From Candidatus Latescibacterota bacterium (GTDB lineage: Bacteria > Latescibacterota > UBA2968): DNA of 64,000 nucleotides. The notes beneath the pieces were generated by a model. That model worked only from the letters and a program-made list of their open reading frames with translations, searched no databases and had not been told where the DNA came from. The position numbers were made by a program, and so were the translations under genes. The stretch covers positions 4,320,001-4,384,000 of the forward strand of contig OZ242010.1 in NCBI GenBank assembly GCA_965204745.1, in the 5' to 3' direction. Of this stretch, positions 48,349 to 59,431 are shown piece after piece; position 1 is the stretch's first letter; every line of letters begins with the position of its first letter.

Positions 48349-48852
48349 TTAGTTCTTCCCCGCGTAGATTTCGACAAATTTCCCGTAGTGCCAGACGTAA
48401 TACGCCGTGCGATAGTGCGATTTGGATTTGCCGGTTCGGGCCGCGCGTTCGACCGCTTCGGGGGGGTTGGCGATCAAGAGTTTGCTGTCGAGGCGAAAGC
48501 GAAAGCCCAAGTGCGTGACAAACGGGGCAAAGATCACGCCGCCGGTTTGCGCGTCAACAACGGCGATTTGCTGGCACTCCCCCCCGCAAAACCACCGCAC
48601 AATGGTTTGATCGCCGGCAAAATTAGGGCCGATTTGCGCGCCTTGAATTAAGCGGTCTCGAAACCGAATCGCCCGCGGATGGCTCACGAGATTAACGGGA
48701 CGCGGTTTGTCTTTGTAAATTCGATACTCGGGCACTGCAAATTGTTCAAACGCCGGTCTTTCCGTCACGCGGTCAGGCGGAGGGGGCAATCTGGGTTCGG
48801 GCACGCAGGCGACGAAAAAAACGAGGAGGGGACAGATCGACTTGTATTTCAT
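48349..48852 (-). CDS. Hypothetical lipoprotein
   Basis: MKYKSICPLLVFFVAC lipobox-like; GPNFAG...WFCGGECQ...DSKLLIANP. Confidence 0.7.
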   Translation of the reverse strand: MKYKSICPLLVFFVACVPEPRLPPPPDRVTERPAFEQFAVPEYRIYKDKPRPVNLVSHPRAIRFRDRLIQGAQIGPNFAGDQTIVRWFCGGECQQIAVVDAQTGGVIFAPFVTHLGFRFRLDSKLLIANPPEAVERAARTGKSKSHYRTAYYVWHYGKFVEIYAGKN

Positions 48853-48957
48853 CTCTTGATCCAAAGTGAATAAAAGGTGAGAGGTGAGAGGCAAGACGGG
48901 AGAGGCAAGAGGTAAGAAGTAAGACGGGAGAGGCAAGAGTCAGTGGTCAGTGGTCAG

Positions 48958-49377
48958 TAGGTTCTGTTGACATTTACGAGCAAAGCAACTGGCTGGTTTA
49001 TCGAGAAAATCAAGCCCTATCGCAGAATATGCTCTCGGTTTGAGAAACTGAAACAGTCGCTCCTTATCGGGACCTACCCCCTAACCCCCTTCCTGCGAGG
49101 AAGGGGGAACTGTGATCGGTTTTGCGAGGGGATTGATGAGGGTATTTAATCGCTTTATGCCCTCGGTCAACGCCATCAGAGCAACCAGAGCGAGAAGCCA
49201 TCAAAGGAGCTTTACTCCCCTTTCCTCGTAGGAAAGGGGCCGGGGGATAGGTCCCCTCGCGCAACGCCATCAGAGCAACCTAAGCCATCAAAGGACCAAA
49301 CGCCTTAAATGAGCAAGAAGCAACACATTTGCTAATCTGTGCGTAACGTCAAAAAAATGAAATGTCAACACAACCTA
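48958..49377 (+). mobile_element. Complete IS5-family-derived MITE
   Basis: TIRs taggttctgttgacattt ... aaatgtcaacacaaccta; transposase relic WFIEKIKPYRRICSRFEKL; internal REP-like hairpins. Confidence 0.88.
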
Positions 49378-49649
49378 GTCAGTAGTCAGTCCCCACCCTT
49401 CCACCCCAAGGCTGTAAGGCCAAACGTTTTAGACCAGCACCGCATGATCATTTATTTTTGATGTGAGGCAGGAGGCGGACAATATAAAATCAAATTGGTA
49501 TAAGATACAAGACGGAAGAAGACCTACACACGGCTCGCCTTTGAACGGGTTGTCGCCAGTTGTACGCACTTCCATCTTTCCCCTTGCTTGACTCTCTTTT
49601 GCTCATGGGGTACATTCCCATATCCGCATATCATCTCAAGGAGCCAGTT

Positions 49650-50729
49650 ATGAGCAGCACTTATGGTCACGCATTTCGCATCACCACTTGGGGAGAGTCG
49701 CACGGCGGTGGGGTTGGCGTGGTGTTGGATGGATGCCCGCCCGGGCTGGAACTCGGCGAGGAAGACATTCAAATTGAACTCGACCGCCGCAAGCCGGGCC
49801 AGAGCAAAATCACTACGCAGCGCAAAGAAGATGACCGCGTGGAAATCCATTCGGGTATTTTTGAAGGCCAGACCCTGGGCACGCCCATCTCGATGGTGGT
49901 GTGGAACCAAGACGCGCGTGCCAAAGACTACGCTGAAATGCGGACCAAATACCGCCCCTCGCACGCGGATTACACGTATCAAAAAAAATACGGCATTCGC
50001 AACTGGCAAGGCGGCGGCAGAGCCAGCGCACGCGAAACCATTGGCCGGGTTGCAGCCGGGGCAGTTGCGCGCAAATTGCTCAAACGCGATTGCGACATCG
50101 ACATTATCGCCTATGTCCGCCAAGTTCACACCCTCGTTGCCGCCGTCGACCCCATCGCCATCACCCGCGAGCAGGTGGAGGCCAACATCGCCCGCGTGCC
50201 CAACCCCGAGATTGCCGAGCAAATCATTCAACGCATTGACGCGGCCCGCAAAGATGGCGATTCCCTCGGCGGCATCGTCGAGGCTATCGCCCATCGCGTT
50301 CCCCCCGGCTGGGGCGAGCCGATCTTTGACAAACTCGAAGCGGACTTGGCAAAAGCCATGCTCTCGTTGCCCGCGTGCAAGGGCTTTGAATCCGGTTCGG
50401 GCTTTGCCGGCCTCGCCATGACCGGCTCGACGCACAACGATCCGTTTTACAACGACGGCAACGGGATTCACACGCGCACCAACCATTCGGGCGGGATTCA
50501 GGGCGGCATCTCCAACGGCGAACCCGTCATCATCCGCGCGGCTTTCAAACCCACGGCCACGATTTTGACCGAACAGGAGACGGTTGACATTTACGGCAAT
50601 CCCACCACCCTCAAAGGCCGCGGTCGGCACGACCCCTGCGTCTTGCCCCGCGCCGTTCCCATTGTCGAAGCCATGATGGCCCTCGTACTCGCGGACCACT
50701 ACCTCCGCCAACGCGGGCAACGAGGGTGA
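49650..50729 (+). CDS. aroC: Chorismate synthase
   Basis: [42 protein letters not shown]. Confidence 0.97.
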   Translation: MSSTYGHAFRITTWGESHGGGVGVVLDGCPPGLELGEEDIQIELDRRKPGQSKITTQRKEDDRVEIHSGIFEGQTLGTPISMVVWNQDARAKDYAEMRTKYRPSHADYTYQKKYGIRNWQGGGRASARETIGRVAAGAVARKLLKRDCDIDIIAYVRQVHTLVAAVDPIAITREQVEANIARVPNPEIAEQIIQRIDAARKDGDSLGGIVEAIAHRVPPGWGEPIFDKLEADLAKAMLSLPACKGFESGSGFAGLAMTGSTHNDPFYNDGNGIHTRTNHSGGIQGGISNGEPVIIRAAFKPTATILTEQETVDIYGNPTTLKGRGRHDPCVLPRAVPIVEAMMALVLADHYLRQRGQRG

Positions 50730-50838
50730 GCAATAAAATGCAGCATTGAAGGGATGTCTTGGCGAATAGCAAAAGAACGACAGCGTTTTCAAAACCCATT
50801 TATCAAAGCGCGAATCGCTATATCACCGAGGAAACATT

Positions 50839-52491
50839 ATGATTGACGCGCAACTATTCACCTGCATCAAAAACGCGGGGCCACGTGCCTATCGGTTTGC
50901 GTGGCGGAATTTCGCGCATCTCTTGAAGGATCGCGCAGAACGACAACCGCACAGCCCCGCATTGATATTTTGCGATAGCGATTCGGATACTCGCAACGTC
51001 ATCACCTATTCTGAATTTGAACGCCGCACCGCCGCGCTCGCGGGCCGGATGCACCGGGAATTTGGCATCCAGCGCGGCGACTGCGTTGGGCTTGCCCTGC
51101 CCAACTGCGCGGAAATCCCCTTGCTGACCCTCGCCCTGTTTCGCTTGGGCGCGACCTCTGTGCCCCTCGACCTCGCCAAAGACGTTCCCGCACGCAAACG
51201 CTACAAACTCAAAAACGCCGGCGCGCGCCTGCTCGTCGTTTTGCCCGGATACGCGGAGGCCCAACGCCGGGAAGTGCCCGATATCCAGATCGCAACAACC
51301 GAACAATTGCGCCCTGACGCGCCCGACGCGGATCTCGAACCCGAGTGGGCGGGCGATCCAAAATGCGAACAGCATTCCAACATCATCCTCTACACATCTG
51401 GCACGACGGGCCAGCCCAAGGGCGTGTGCATCACCCGGCAAAGCCTCGCGTCCAATGCGGATGGCATCATTCGCTGGCTCGGGTTTGACGCACGCGAACG
51501 CCTGTCATTGGTCTTGCCCCTCCACCACATCAACTCCACCACGTTCTCCATTGCCAGCCTGATGGCGGGCGCCTGTCTGATTCTCAACTCCCGGTACAGG
51601 GTCTCGGCATTTTGGCGCGTCATCGCGCGGGAACGGGCCACGTCTGCGAGTATTGTGCCGACGATCATGGCCGACCTCCTCGGCCGCGCAGCCGAGTTTG
51701 AACGCGAAGGCCACGATATTTCTCGGCTCGAGAAAATCATGATCGGCTCTGCGCCCGTGCCGCCCAATGTCGCGTGTCAATTTGTGGATCGCTTTGGCGT
51801 GCGCTTGGTGCAGGGCTATGGCTCGACCGAAGTCAGCTTGCGCGTGACCGGCGTGCCCCCGGAGTTGCCCGATGATCAATACCGCGATGTGCTCGAACAA
51901 AACGCCATCGGCGTCGAACTCGCCAACAACAATATCCGCATTGCCGGCAGTGCGGGCGAAGGCGAGATCGGCGAAATCCTCGTGCGCGGCCCGGTGGTTG
52001 CCAATGGCTATCTCAACCAACCCAAAGCCACTGCCGAGGTTTTTTGCAATGGCTGGTTCCACACCGGCGACATGGGGTATTACCGAGACATCCACGCTCG
52101 GCGGTTCTATTTCATGCACGGGCGAAAAAGGGAAATCATCATCAAAGGCGGGATCAACATCTCGCCCATCGCCGTCGAAAACGCCCTGCGAGACGCCTGC
52201 CCCGAACTCGACGCGGTCTATGTAATCGGCCTCTGCGATGACCGATGGGGCGAAGCTGTGGGCGCGGCAACCATTTTCAACCCCTCGGTCAAACATCCCG
52301 AACGCACGGCCCGAGATATTCTCCGACGCGGGCAAACCGGACACATCCCCGGCCTGAGCGCGTACGAGGCCCCGTCGCGCATCATCCCCATCACCCACGA
52401 GGACTTACCCCTCACCTCAACCGGCAAAGTCCAACGCAGTGCCCTGCGGGAGAGGGTTCAAAACGAGTGCGTGCCCATCCGCTCCGCCTAG
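50839..52491 (+). CDS. Class I adenylate-forming enzyme (acyl-CoA synthetase-like)
   Basis: YTSGTTGQPKG, QGYGSTE, WFHTGDMG, LTSTGKVQR. Confidence 0.9.
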   Translation: MIDAQLFTCIKNAGPRAYRFAWRNFAHLLKDRAERQPHSPALIFCDSDSDTRNVITYSEFERRTAALAGRMHREFGIQRGDCVGLALPNCAEIPLLTLALFRLGATSVPLDLAKDVPARKRYKLKNAGARLLVVLPGYAEAQRREVPDIQIATTEQLRPDAPDADLEPEWAGDPKCEQHSNIILYTSGTTGQPKGVCITRQSLASNADGIIRWLGFDARERLSLVLPLHHINSTTFSIASLMAGACLILNSRYRVSAFWRVIARERATSASIVPTIMADLLGRAAEFEREGHDISRLEKIMIGSAPVPPNVACQFVDRFGVRLVQGYGSTEVSLRVTGVPPELPDDQYRDVLEQNAIGVELANNNIRIAGSAGEGEIGEILVRGPVVANGYLNQPKATAEVFCNGWFHTGDMGYYRDIHARRFYFMHGRKREIIIKGGINISPIAVENALRDACPELDAVYVIGLCDDRWGEAVGAATIFNPSVKHPERTARDILRRGQTGHIPGLSAYEAPSRIIPITHEDLPLTSTGKVQRSALRERVQNECVPIRSA

Positions 52492-52517
52492 CCACCCGTG
52501 CGTGCCCTACCGCCATA

Positions 52518-53190
52518 GACCTATCCCCCGGCCCCTTTCCTACGGGAAAGGAGAGTAGAGTTCCTTTGATGGCTTATATCTATGCTTGTTCTGATGGCTT
52601 TGCGCGAATGGATCGCGCCATAGAAACCCAATCTCGCACAAATCCCTCGCAAGACCCATCGCCATTCCCCCTTCCTTTTAGGAAGGGGGCCCAGGGGGTA
52701 GGTCCCAATCCCGCGCAGGACCTATCCCCCGGCCCCTTTCCTACGAGGAAAGGGGAGTAAAGCTCCTTTGATGGCTTATATCTATGCTTGTTCTGATGGC
52801 TTTGCGCGAATGGATCGCGCCATAGAAACCCAATCTCGCACAAATCCCTCGCAAAATCCATCGCCATTCCCCCTTCCTTTTAGGAAGGGGGCCAGGGGGT
52901 AGGTCCCACCTCGCAAAACCTATCCCCCCGGCCCCCGTTATTCGCTTCGCTCATTGTAGGCTACGCCTGTGCCTACAAGGAAGGGGAGCGCATGGCTTTT
53001 TGAAGTTTGTATCCTTGGCTGTTCTGATGGCGTTTGGGACCTATCCCCCGGCCCCTTTCCTACGAGGAAAGGGGAGTAAAGTTCCTTTGATGGCTTATAT
53101 CAATGGCTACTCTGATGGCGTTGTGCGAGGGCATAAAGCGATTAAAAATCCCTCATCATTCCCCTCGCCATTCCTCTCGCCATTCCCCCT
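52518..53190. repeat. Cluster of REP-like hairpins including a tandem duplication of about 200 bp
   Basis: gacctatcccccggcccctttcctacg(a)ggaaagg units at about 52519, 52719, 52918 and 53038; 52519-52708 is similar to 52719-52908. Confidence 0.88.
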
Positions 53191-53350
53191 GAGGTTGCAT
53201 AGACAAGGTCGGTAGGCTTGGCGCGAATGGTCGGGACGCGAACCCGAGCGCACACCAGATCCCTTACAAACCCCTCATCACAGGAGGCCCCCTATGTCGA
53301 ACTCTCACCCCGCTTTTGCCGGCATTGATGTCCGTGCCCGCACGTTGTCC
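53189..53350 (+). mobile_element. IS110 left-end stub (non-coding leader plus the first ~19 codons)
   Basis: MSNSHPAFAGIDVRARTLS is nearly identical to the N-terminus of the transposase at 63990, with the same ggaggcccc SD region. Confidence 0.88.
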
Positions 53351-53523
53351 ATTGCCTTGATGATGCGTTGGGCAATCGGATTTTTTGGGGGTTGTTCCGA
53401 CAATGGCTCTTGCCCTTTGGCTTTCCATGTTAGAAATTCGAGGTACTCTTTCAGTTGTTCCGCCTCTCTATCTGGAAGCCCATCCACGGTCTTACGTATC
53501 CATTCTCTTGTTGGCGTCTGCAT
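53305..53523 (-). CDS. Small DUF2281-like protein, C-terminus replaced by IS110 stub sequence
   Basis: IRKTVDGLPDREAEQLKEYLEFLTWK; the last 13 codons come from the antisense strand of the IS110 stub. Confidence 0.5.
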   Translation of the reverse strand: MQTPTREWIRKTVDGLPDREAEQLKEYLEFLTWKAKGQEPLSEQPPKNPIAQRIIKAMDNVRARTSMPAKAG

Positions 53524-53766
53524 GATCGTTCTCTCCTTAGCTGTATCTTCTACTGTTGTCGGATTGGGTTGAATGTACATAGTGAGATGGGTATTGTCAA
53601 TTGTGTATGGCCTGTTTTGGACATTTGCTGGTTGCCTCAACCGAAGAGGAAAGAGACAAGGCGGAAGGCAAGGGAAAGGTCAAAAAAAGAAAAGGGTCGT
53701 ACGAAAAATCGCACGACCCTTTTTTGCTGTCTCTACGAATCAGTGGCCTAATCAGTTGAAGATTTG

Positions 53767-55116
53767 TCAGTAACGGTTATTTCGCATTTTCTCGAGTTCC
53801 GCCCTGACCAAATCAAACGGCAATTTGAAGAAATTGAAATGCTCATAAAGCGGCGACAGTAAAGGATGAATAATCTCCGCGAGATTGTCTTTTATCTGTT
53901 GCTGAGTGATATGTTCCTTCACTGTGACCTCATCTGTATGCGATTTGTAGTAAATACCGGAGGATATAAACTGGTTACGATACATATTGGTCAAAACCCG
54001 TTCCTTCAATCCTGTGAAGCGGCAGTAAATGGCAATTTGATCTACCTCGTCAAATGTTTCTGCAAATCGGCTTGCAAATAACAACCCCTCGCCAATACGC
54101 AAAATTGAGGGGGTGACGCTAAACAGGCGACCAGGATTACTTTGATCAATCCTTGGACTATCCTCAAAATACCCACGGATAGTATAGAGTTTTCCATCGC
54201 GTGAAACTCGCCAAAAATCACAAGTTGATGGATCAGTGGGTCTCCCACCGGTGGGAGATGGACGACCAACCCATGCTTCTACAAAGTCCTTATCATAAGG
54301 ATATGGCCTCCATTCTGGTATATTATTTAAATTTAAGAATGGGGTCCATCCTGACAAGTTGATCCGTCTTGCAACATCAAGACGTTTTTGTAGTTCAGAT
54401 AAGCTCACCGGTTCCGCACCCACTAAAGCAAAACCCATCTCATAATAGCCATGTGGGAACCGAGATGGAGAAGCGGCAGGCTCATTTGCCACCAATTCTT
54501 CCCAACGATCACGGGTAGCAGTGCAGTAAGCCTCCAACTCGTCAAGCGTACTGGGTCTTGGGGGTTGTGTTTCGACACTTCCCGTGATAATAGATCGGAT
54601 CGCTTCGAGCATATCGTCTCGCGTAGCCCTTACGCAGCGATTGAGCAAAGTACGCCATTCATCCGCTGTCTTTGGTTCCTCGCTTCGTGGACCTGGTTTC
54701 CGAATGTAGCAACGGTGCTGGGCGATGTTTTCTAGACTTTCGCGCTTACTCATTACAGGTACAGTGAGTGTACCTGGCACAACGATAACCGGATGCTCTA
54801 CATTTGTGTCTGAACTTCGTACAGGATGCATCTCGCAGTGAAATTCTGGTTCGGCATATCGACATATGGCTCCGTTTATGGCGTCTTGTGTAATCGCCGG
54901 AATGGCTTTCGGACGTTGTTGTGAAGCAAGGATTTGGCCCTGCTCTTCAAATCCAAGGACGATGAACCCGCCGCCATGGTTGGCTAAAGCAATGGCCGCC
55001 TTAGCGAGTTTTGCTTTGTCCTCATTTTTTTTCAGATCTAGCCAACTCTTGTACTCGTAAGCAAGGTCTTCCCTTGGTTGATCAACAAGTGGCTGAATAT
55101 CTTCTCTAAGTGGCAT
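53767..55116 (-). CDS. AlbA_2/Schlafen-like domain protein with an uncharacterised C-terminal domain
   Basis: REDLAYEYKSW...KAAIALANHGGGFIVLGFEE; lower GC than flanks. Confidence 0.8.
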   Translation of the reverse strand: MPLREDIQPLVDQPREDLAYEYKSWLDLKKNEDKAKLAKAAIALANHGGGFIVLGFEEQGQILASQQRPKAIPAITQDAINGAICRYAEPEFHCEMHPVRSSDTNVEHPVIVVPGTLTVPVMSKRESLENIAQHRCYIRKPGPRSEEPKTADEWRTLLNRCVRATRDDMLEAIRSIITGSVETQPPRPSTLDELEAYCTATRDRWEELVANEPAASPSRFPHGYYEMGFALVGAEPVSLSELQKRLDVARRINLSGWTPFLNLNNIPEWRPYPYDKDFVEAWVGRPSPTGGRPTDPSTCDFWRVSRDGKLYTIRGYFEDSPRIDQSNPGRLFSVTPSILRIGEGLLFASRFAETFDEVDQIAIYCRFTGLKERVLTNMYRNQFISSGIYYKSHTDEVTVKEHITQQQIKDNLAEIIHPLLSPLYEHFNFFKLPFDLVRAELEKMRNNRY

Positions 55117-55317
55117 AACAAATCTCTCCTTGTGCTTATTTTTGGGGATTTCGCGCCTTTCTGCGTGTCCTTAGTGTTTTCCTTGTGGATTCACCTCTCC
55201 CCTTCTAATCTGCATTTATCGACGTTTTGAGTTGTGATACAGTTGTGGTTTGCACGGCATCTCCCTATGGGTCAAAAGGCGATTCAAAACGCGTCGGTTG
55301 AGGAGACTGACCACTTC

Positions 55318-58300
55318 CTACTTCCCTCCAACATCCGTAATGAATCCAAACAACAACGTAAAATAAATTTTCAACCCACTGCGTTCAAGGGGATCGCCAG
55401 CGCGTTGCAAGGGCACATGGTCAAAGCCGTAGGCCACGTCCAGACTGGCGCGCGTGGGGAAGAGGTAAAACGAGGTCGCGTCATAGCGCAACTGCGCGCC
55501 CAATTCGCGCTTCCAGCCGCGGTTGAGCACCGCATCGTCCGCCGTGCCATCCCAGGCGCGTCCGAGGCCGGCAAAGAGCGCGCCGTAGAGTTGATCGGAG
55601 TAGATCGGGCCGGTTTGTTGGTCGATGCGCGACAAGATGGGAAAGCGATAGGTCGAGCGCAACATCAGGGCGCGGCGGCCCTCCATGCTGTAAAACGTAT
55701 AGCCCTTCATGCCGGGCAAGCCGCCGAGAAAAAAGTCAAACGCGTCGTCGACCGCGCTGTCGATCAGGCCCCCGAAAACCCGGAAACTCAACGCGCTCGG
55801 CCCGGGGCCAAGGGGGATAAATTCGTTCCAATCCAGCGAGAATCGGTTGTAAAAATACCGGTCATACGTTTCGATGAGCAGCGAGGTATTTTCCTCAAAC
55901 CCGCTGATAAACCAGTTGAAATACCGGTGGTAGCGCAACGCGACGCGGCGGCCAGAGCGGGGGTTGATCGCCGAATCGCGGAACCGGCCCGTGGCATCGA
56001 GGCGATAGGTCAGCGCGAGGTCAAAGCCGTTGAGGGTGGTCGCGCCCACAACCTCGCGGTTGAGGCCGTTGAACCGCGCTTGATCCAGCACCGCGCCCGT
56101 GCGGTTGTACGCGAGACGCGCGTCGATGAGCCCGCCGCGTGCCATCGCGTAGTTGCCGCCGATTTCAATGCCGGTCAGCGTGAATGTGCGGTCGTAGATG
56201 CGAAAGTCCTCGTCGCGGCTGATCACGTCTTCCTCGACGTGGCGCGACAGGCGATAGGCTTCCAAGAAGAATGTGGGCCGGCGTTTGCGGTATTCGTAAA
56301 GGGCGTAGAGATCCATGTCCAAGTCGTGGGCGATCAGGCCGCTGATGACAAAGGTTTGTTTTCGCAACACATCGTCCGACCCGGCTATCGCGCCGAATTT
56401 GAACTTGCCGCTGTCAACCGCTAGGCGCGGGAGGATGGTGGTGGTCGAAAATTCACTCCTGTAAGGGCGGCTGCCTGGCGCGGGTTTGGGCATTGCGGGC
56501 ACGAGGGGTTTGACCTGAAAGATGCCGGGATCCACGGGTTCGTTCAATGGCCGGGCGAGCACGCGGATTTCGTAGGCGTTTTTGCCGTAATGGGCAAAGG
56601 CGATGCGGTCGCCTTCGGGATGCACATGGGGTTGAAACGCGCCGCCGTACACGCGGGTGAGGCGGCTGATCGCGCCGTCGGATAGATCGACGCGATACAA
56701 GTTGAAAATGCCGTCATGGTCAGAGGCAAAGACGATAGCCGATCCATCGGGCGTCCAGCAGGGGTCGCGGTCCGTTTCGCCAGAGGCGATCCGCACCGCG
56801 TAATCGCCCCCGGTCGCGGGGATGGTGGCGATGTCGCGCGATGTGCCGACTCGGTAGATCGAAAAGGCGATATGCGACCCATCCGGCGACCAGCGCGGGG
56901 TGGCGACCTGTGACCCATCTGAAAAGTGCGTGAGATAGCGCGTTTCCCCGGTGGTTGCGTCCAAAATCCCGAGGTTGGTGTTGCCCCCGCCATTTTTGAC
57001 AAAGGCGATTTGCGACCCATCCGGCGAGTAGGCCGGGTGCATGCCGCGCAAGCCATGGCTCAAGCGCGTTTCCCCCGGGAACGTGTCGTTCCCCAGGCCG
57101 ATGGCATTTTTGACGCTTTGAACCACGCCTGATTTTTCGGTCTCGAGATCCATCGTATAGAGGTCCCAGTGCCGAGAGCCGTATTTGTCGGGCTGGCTGT
57201 GGCGCGCATAGAGGACGCACCCGCTCTCGGGCGACCAGTCCCAAGCCGTCACCGCGACCGGGGCGATGCGTTCTGTGCTGCTGTCCGCGAGGGTATAAAC
57301 CATCAAACCCGTGCGCCCGTAATCGCGGCCTCGGTTGGAGAGAAAGGCGAGTTGCGCGCCGTCGGGCGACCAGCGGGGGTGCAGGTTGAGATAGCCATCT
57401 CCGTAAATGAGATCGCCCTGCGCGGGATCGGCCTCGATTTGCGCGACTTGATCCGCGTACCGTTTTTTGAGCGATGTGACCCAGCGGTCGTGCAATTCGC
57501 GCTCCGAGATGCCCAGCGCGGCCCGAACCGCGCCGCCAAAATCCGTGCGCCACCAGACCTTCATCTGCCGATACAATTCCGGGAGTTTGTCGCGCCCATA
57601 CGCATCGGCGATAAACGAGGTGAGCGAATAGCCGTGGTCATACACTTTTTCAAACCCGAGACCGGTCTTCGCGCCAAAAACGCCCATTTCGCTGCGCGTG
57701 AGCAGGGTGTTGTTGCGCGTGGCTTGGCGCAAGATCATATCCCGGTGCGAGTCCCAGCGGTCGTGCTTTGCCCCCGGCGCCATGTATTGCGCCGTGCCCT
57801 CGGCGAACCACGGCGGGATAATGGTGGCGGGAATGACGTAGGCAGCCAAAACATTGGGGTACCCGTCCAAGATGTCGTCGCGCTTGCCCTCGCCCTGATA
57901 GCGCAAGTAGTTGACGAGCAACCCGGGCATGCGCCGCGAGGCTTTGCGCGCGGTTTGCAGGGCGATGATGTGCGTCAGTTCGTGCGCGAGCACATTGGGC
58001 AGCCAATCCGTGGCGCCGCGCAGTGCAAAGTCGAGATTGGACACCCAGATTTCAATGGTGTTGTGATAATAATACGCCGCGCCATTGGCGTAGTCTTCGG
58101 TGTCTTTGAGGAGGATGCGGACCTTGGAATCGGGTTCAAAATCGTAAAATGCCGAGATCGGGCCATAAACATCTTCGGCGATTTGGGCCGCACGCGGGGC
58201 CAAGTTTTCCAAGCCCTGATGAAAATAGACCTTGAAATGCTCGGTCTCTATCACGCGCCAGTCCAGTTCCGGATGATTGGCGTCAAACTGCGCCATCGCG

Positions 58301-58353
58301 GGCGCGCCCAGCGCGAGGAAGATGAACAGGAGTTGTGCGAATTTGTGGTGCAT
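55318..58353 (-). CDS. Outer-membrane protein: MA-type metallopeptidase-like domain, TolB/PD40 propeller and Omp85/BamA-like barrel
   Basis: Signal peptide, AHELTH...WFAEG, P-W/Y-SPDG repeats, LPGMKGY, C-terminal beta-strands. Confidence 0.8.
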   Translation of the reverse strand: MHHKFAQLLFIFLALGAPAMAQFDANHPELDWRVIETEHFKVYFHQGLENLAPRAAQIAEDVYGPISAFYDFEPDSKVRILLKDTEDYANGAAYYYHNTIEIWVSNLDFALRGATDWLPNVLAHELTHIIALQTARKASRRMPGLLVNYLRYQGEGKRDDILDGYPNVLAAYVIPATIIPPWFAEGTAQYMAPGAKHDRWDSHRDMILRQATRNNTLLTRSEMGVFGAKTGLGFEKVYDHGYSLTSFIADAYGRDKLPELYRQMKVWWRTDFGGAVRAALGISERELHDRWVTSLKKRYADQVAQIEADPAQGDLIYGDGYLNLHPRWSPDGAQLAFLSNRGRDYGRTGLMVYTLADSSTERIAPVAVTAWDWSPESGCVLYARHSQPDKYGSRHWDLYTMDLETEKSGVVQSVKNAIGLGNDTFPGETRLSHGLRGMHPAYSPDGSQIAFVKNGGGNTNLGILDATTGETRYLTHFSDGSQVATPRWSPDGSHIAFSIYRVGTSRDIATIPATGGDYAVRIASGETDRDPCWTPDGSAIVFASDHDGIFNLYRVDLSDGAISRLTRVYGGAFQPHVHPEGDRIAFAHYGKNAYEIRVLARPLNEPVDPGIFQVKPLVPAMPKPAPGSRPYRSEFSTTTILPRLAVDSGKFKFGAIAGSDDVLRKQTFVISGLIAHDLDMDLYALYEYRKRRPTFFLEAYRLSRHVEEDVISRDEDFRIYDRTFTLTGIEIGGNYAMARGGLIDARLAYNRTGAVLDQARFNGLNREVVGATTLNGFDLALTYRLDATGRFRDSAINPRSGRRVALRYHRYFNWFISGFEENTSLLIETYDRYFYNRFSLDWNEFIPLGPGPSALSFRVFGGLIDSAVDDAFDFFLGGLPGMKGYTFYSMEGRRALMLRSTYRFPILSRIDQQTGPIYSDQLYGALFAGLGRAWDGTADDAVLNRGWKRELGAQLRYDATSFYLFPTRASLDVAYGFDHVPLQRAGDPLERSGLKIYFTLLFGFITDVGGK

Positions 58354-58398
58354 AAATTTCCTTCAACCGCCATGACGCCGCAACAATGCCGCCATTAT

Positions 58399-59373
58399 TT
58401 ACCCCTCCACCTTCGCATTGGCAAACAAATTACTGACGGATTCATCGTTGTTGATGCGGCGGATGGATTCGGCGAGAATGGGGGCCACGGAGAGCACCTT
58501 GATTTTCCCATTGCAGGCGCTTTTGGGCACGGGAATGGAGTTGGAGACCACGAGTTCTGTGAGCACGGAATTTTCCACGTATTCAACCGCGGGGTCTGCC
58601 AGAACCGGGTGGACGATAGTGGCGCGAATCTCGCACGCGCCTTTGTCTTTGAGCGCGGCAGCGGCTTTGGTGAGGGAGCCGCCCGTGGAGATAATGTCAT
58701 CGACGAGGAGGGCGTTTTTGTCTTTGACTTCGCCGATGATGTTCATGACCTCGATCCGTTGCCCACTCCAGCGGCGTTTATCCACAATCGCCAATGACGC
58801 GCCGAGGAGTTCGGCGTACGCACGCGCCATTTTGATGCCGCCGACATCGGGCGCGACGACGACGAGGTCTTCGAGGTTTTGTCGCTTGAAGTATTCGCCC
58901 AAAACATTGATGGAATAGAGGTGGTCGACCGGAATGTCGAAGAAGCCCTGGATCTGATTGGCGTGCAGGTCCAAGGTGAGCACGCGCCGCGCCCCGGCCG
59001 TGTAGATCATGTTGGCGATCAGTTTGGCGGTGATGGGCACGCGGGGGCGGTCTTTGCGATCTTGTCGCGCGTAGCCATAGTAGGGCACGACCGCGGTGAT
59101 GCGCCGAGCAGAGGCGCGCCGCGCCGCGTCGATCAAGACGAGCAGTTCCATCAAGGCATCGTTGGGCGAGATGCCCCGTTCTGTGTTTGTGCAAATGGGT
59201 TGCACGATAAACACGTCGCAACCGCGCACGTTTTCGTCAATTTGCACATGCGTTTCGCCGCCGGAAAAGCTGGTCACAGTGGCTTCGGCGAGCCGCGTGT
59301 CCAAAACGCGGCTGATGTCTTCGGCCAAGGGCCGGTTGGCATTGCCGGAAAAAATTTTGAGATCGTACCCCAT
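58399..59373 (-). CDS. prs: Ribose-phosphate pyrophosphokinase
   Basis: KIFSGNAN, PYYGYARQDRK, DLHANQIQGFF, LVDDIISTGGS. Confidence 0.97.
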   Translation of the reverse strand: MGYDLKIFSGNANRPLAEDISRVLDTRLAEATVTSFSGGETHVQIDENVRGCDVFIVQPICTNTERGISPNDALMELLVLIDAARRASARRITAVVPYYGYARQDRKDRPRVPITAKLIANMIYTAGARRVLTLDLHANQIQGFFDIPVDHLYSINVLGEYFKRQNLEDLVVVAPDVGGIKMARAYAELLGASLAIVDKRRWSGQRIEVMNIIGEVKDKNALLVDDIISTGGSLTKAAAALKDKGACEIRATIVHPVLADPAVEYVENSVLTELVVSNSIPVPKSACNGKIKVLSVAPILAESIRRINNDESVSNLFANAKVEG

Positions 59374-59431
59374 GGTTCTCCCTCCTGTTGTCGAGCGGTG
59401 AACGGGCAATATACGGGCGAGCGGATGCGGA

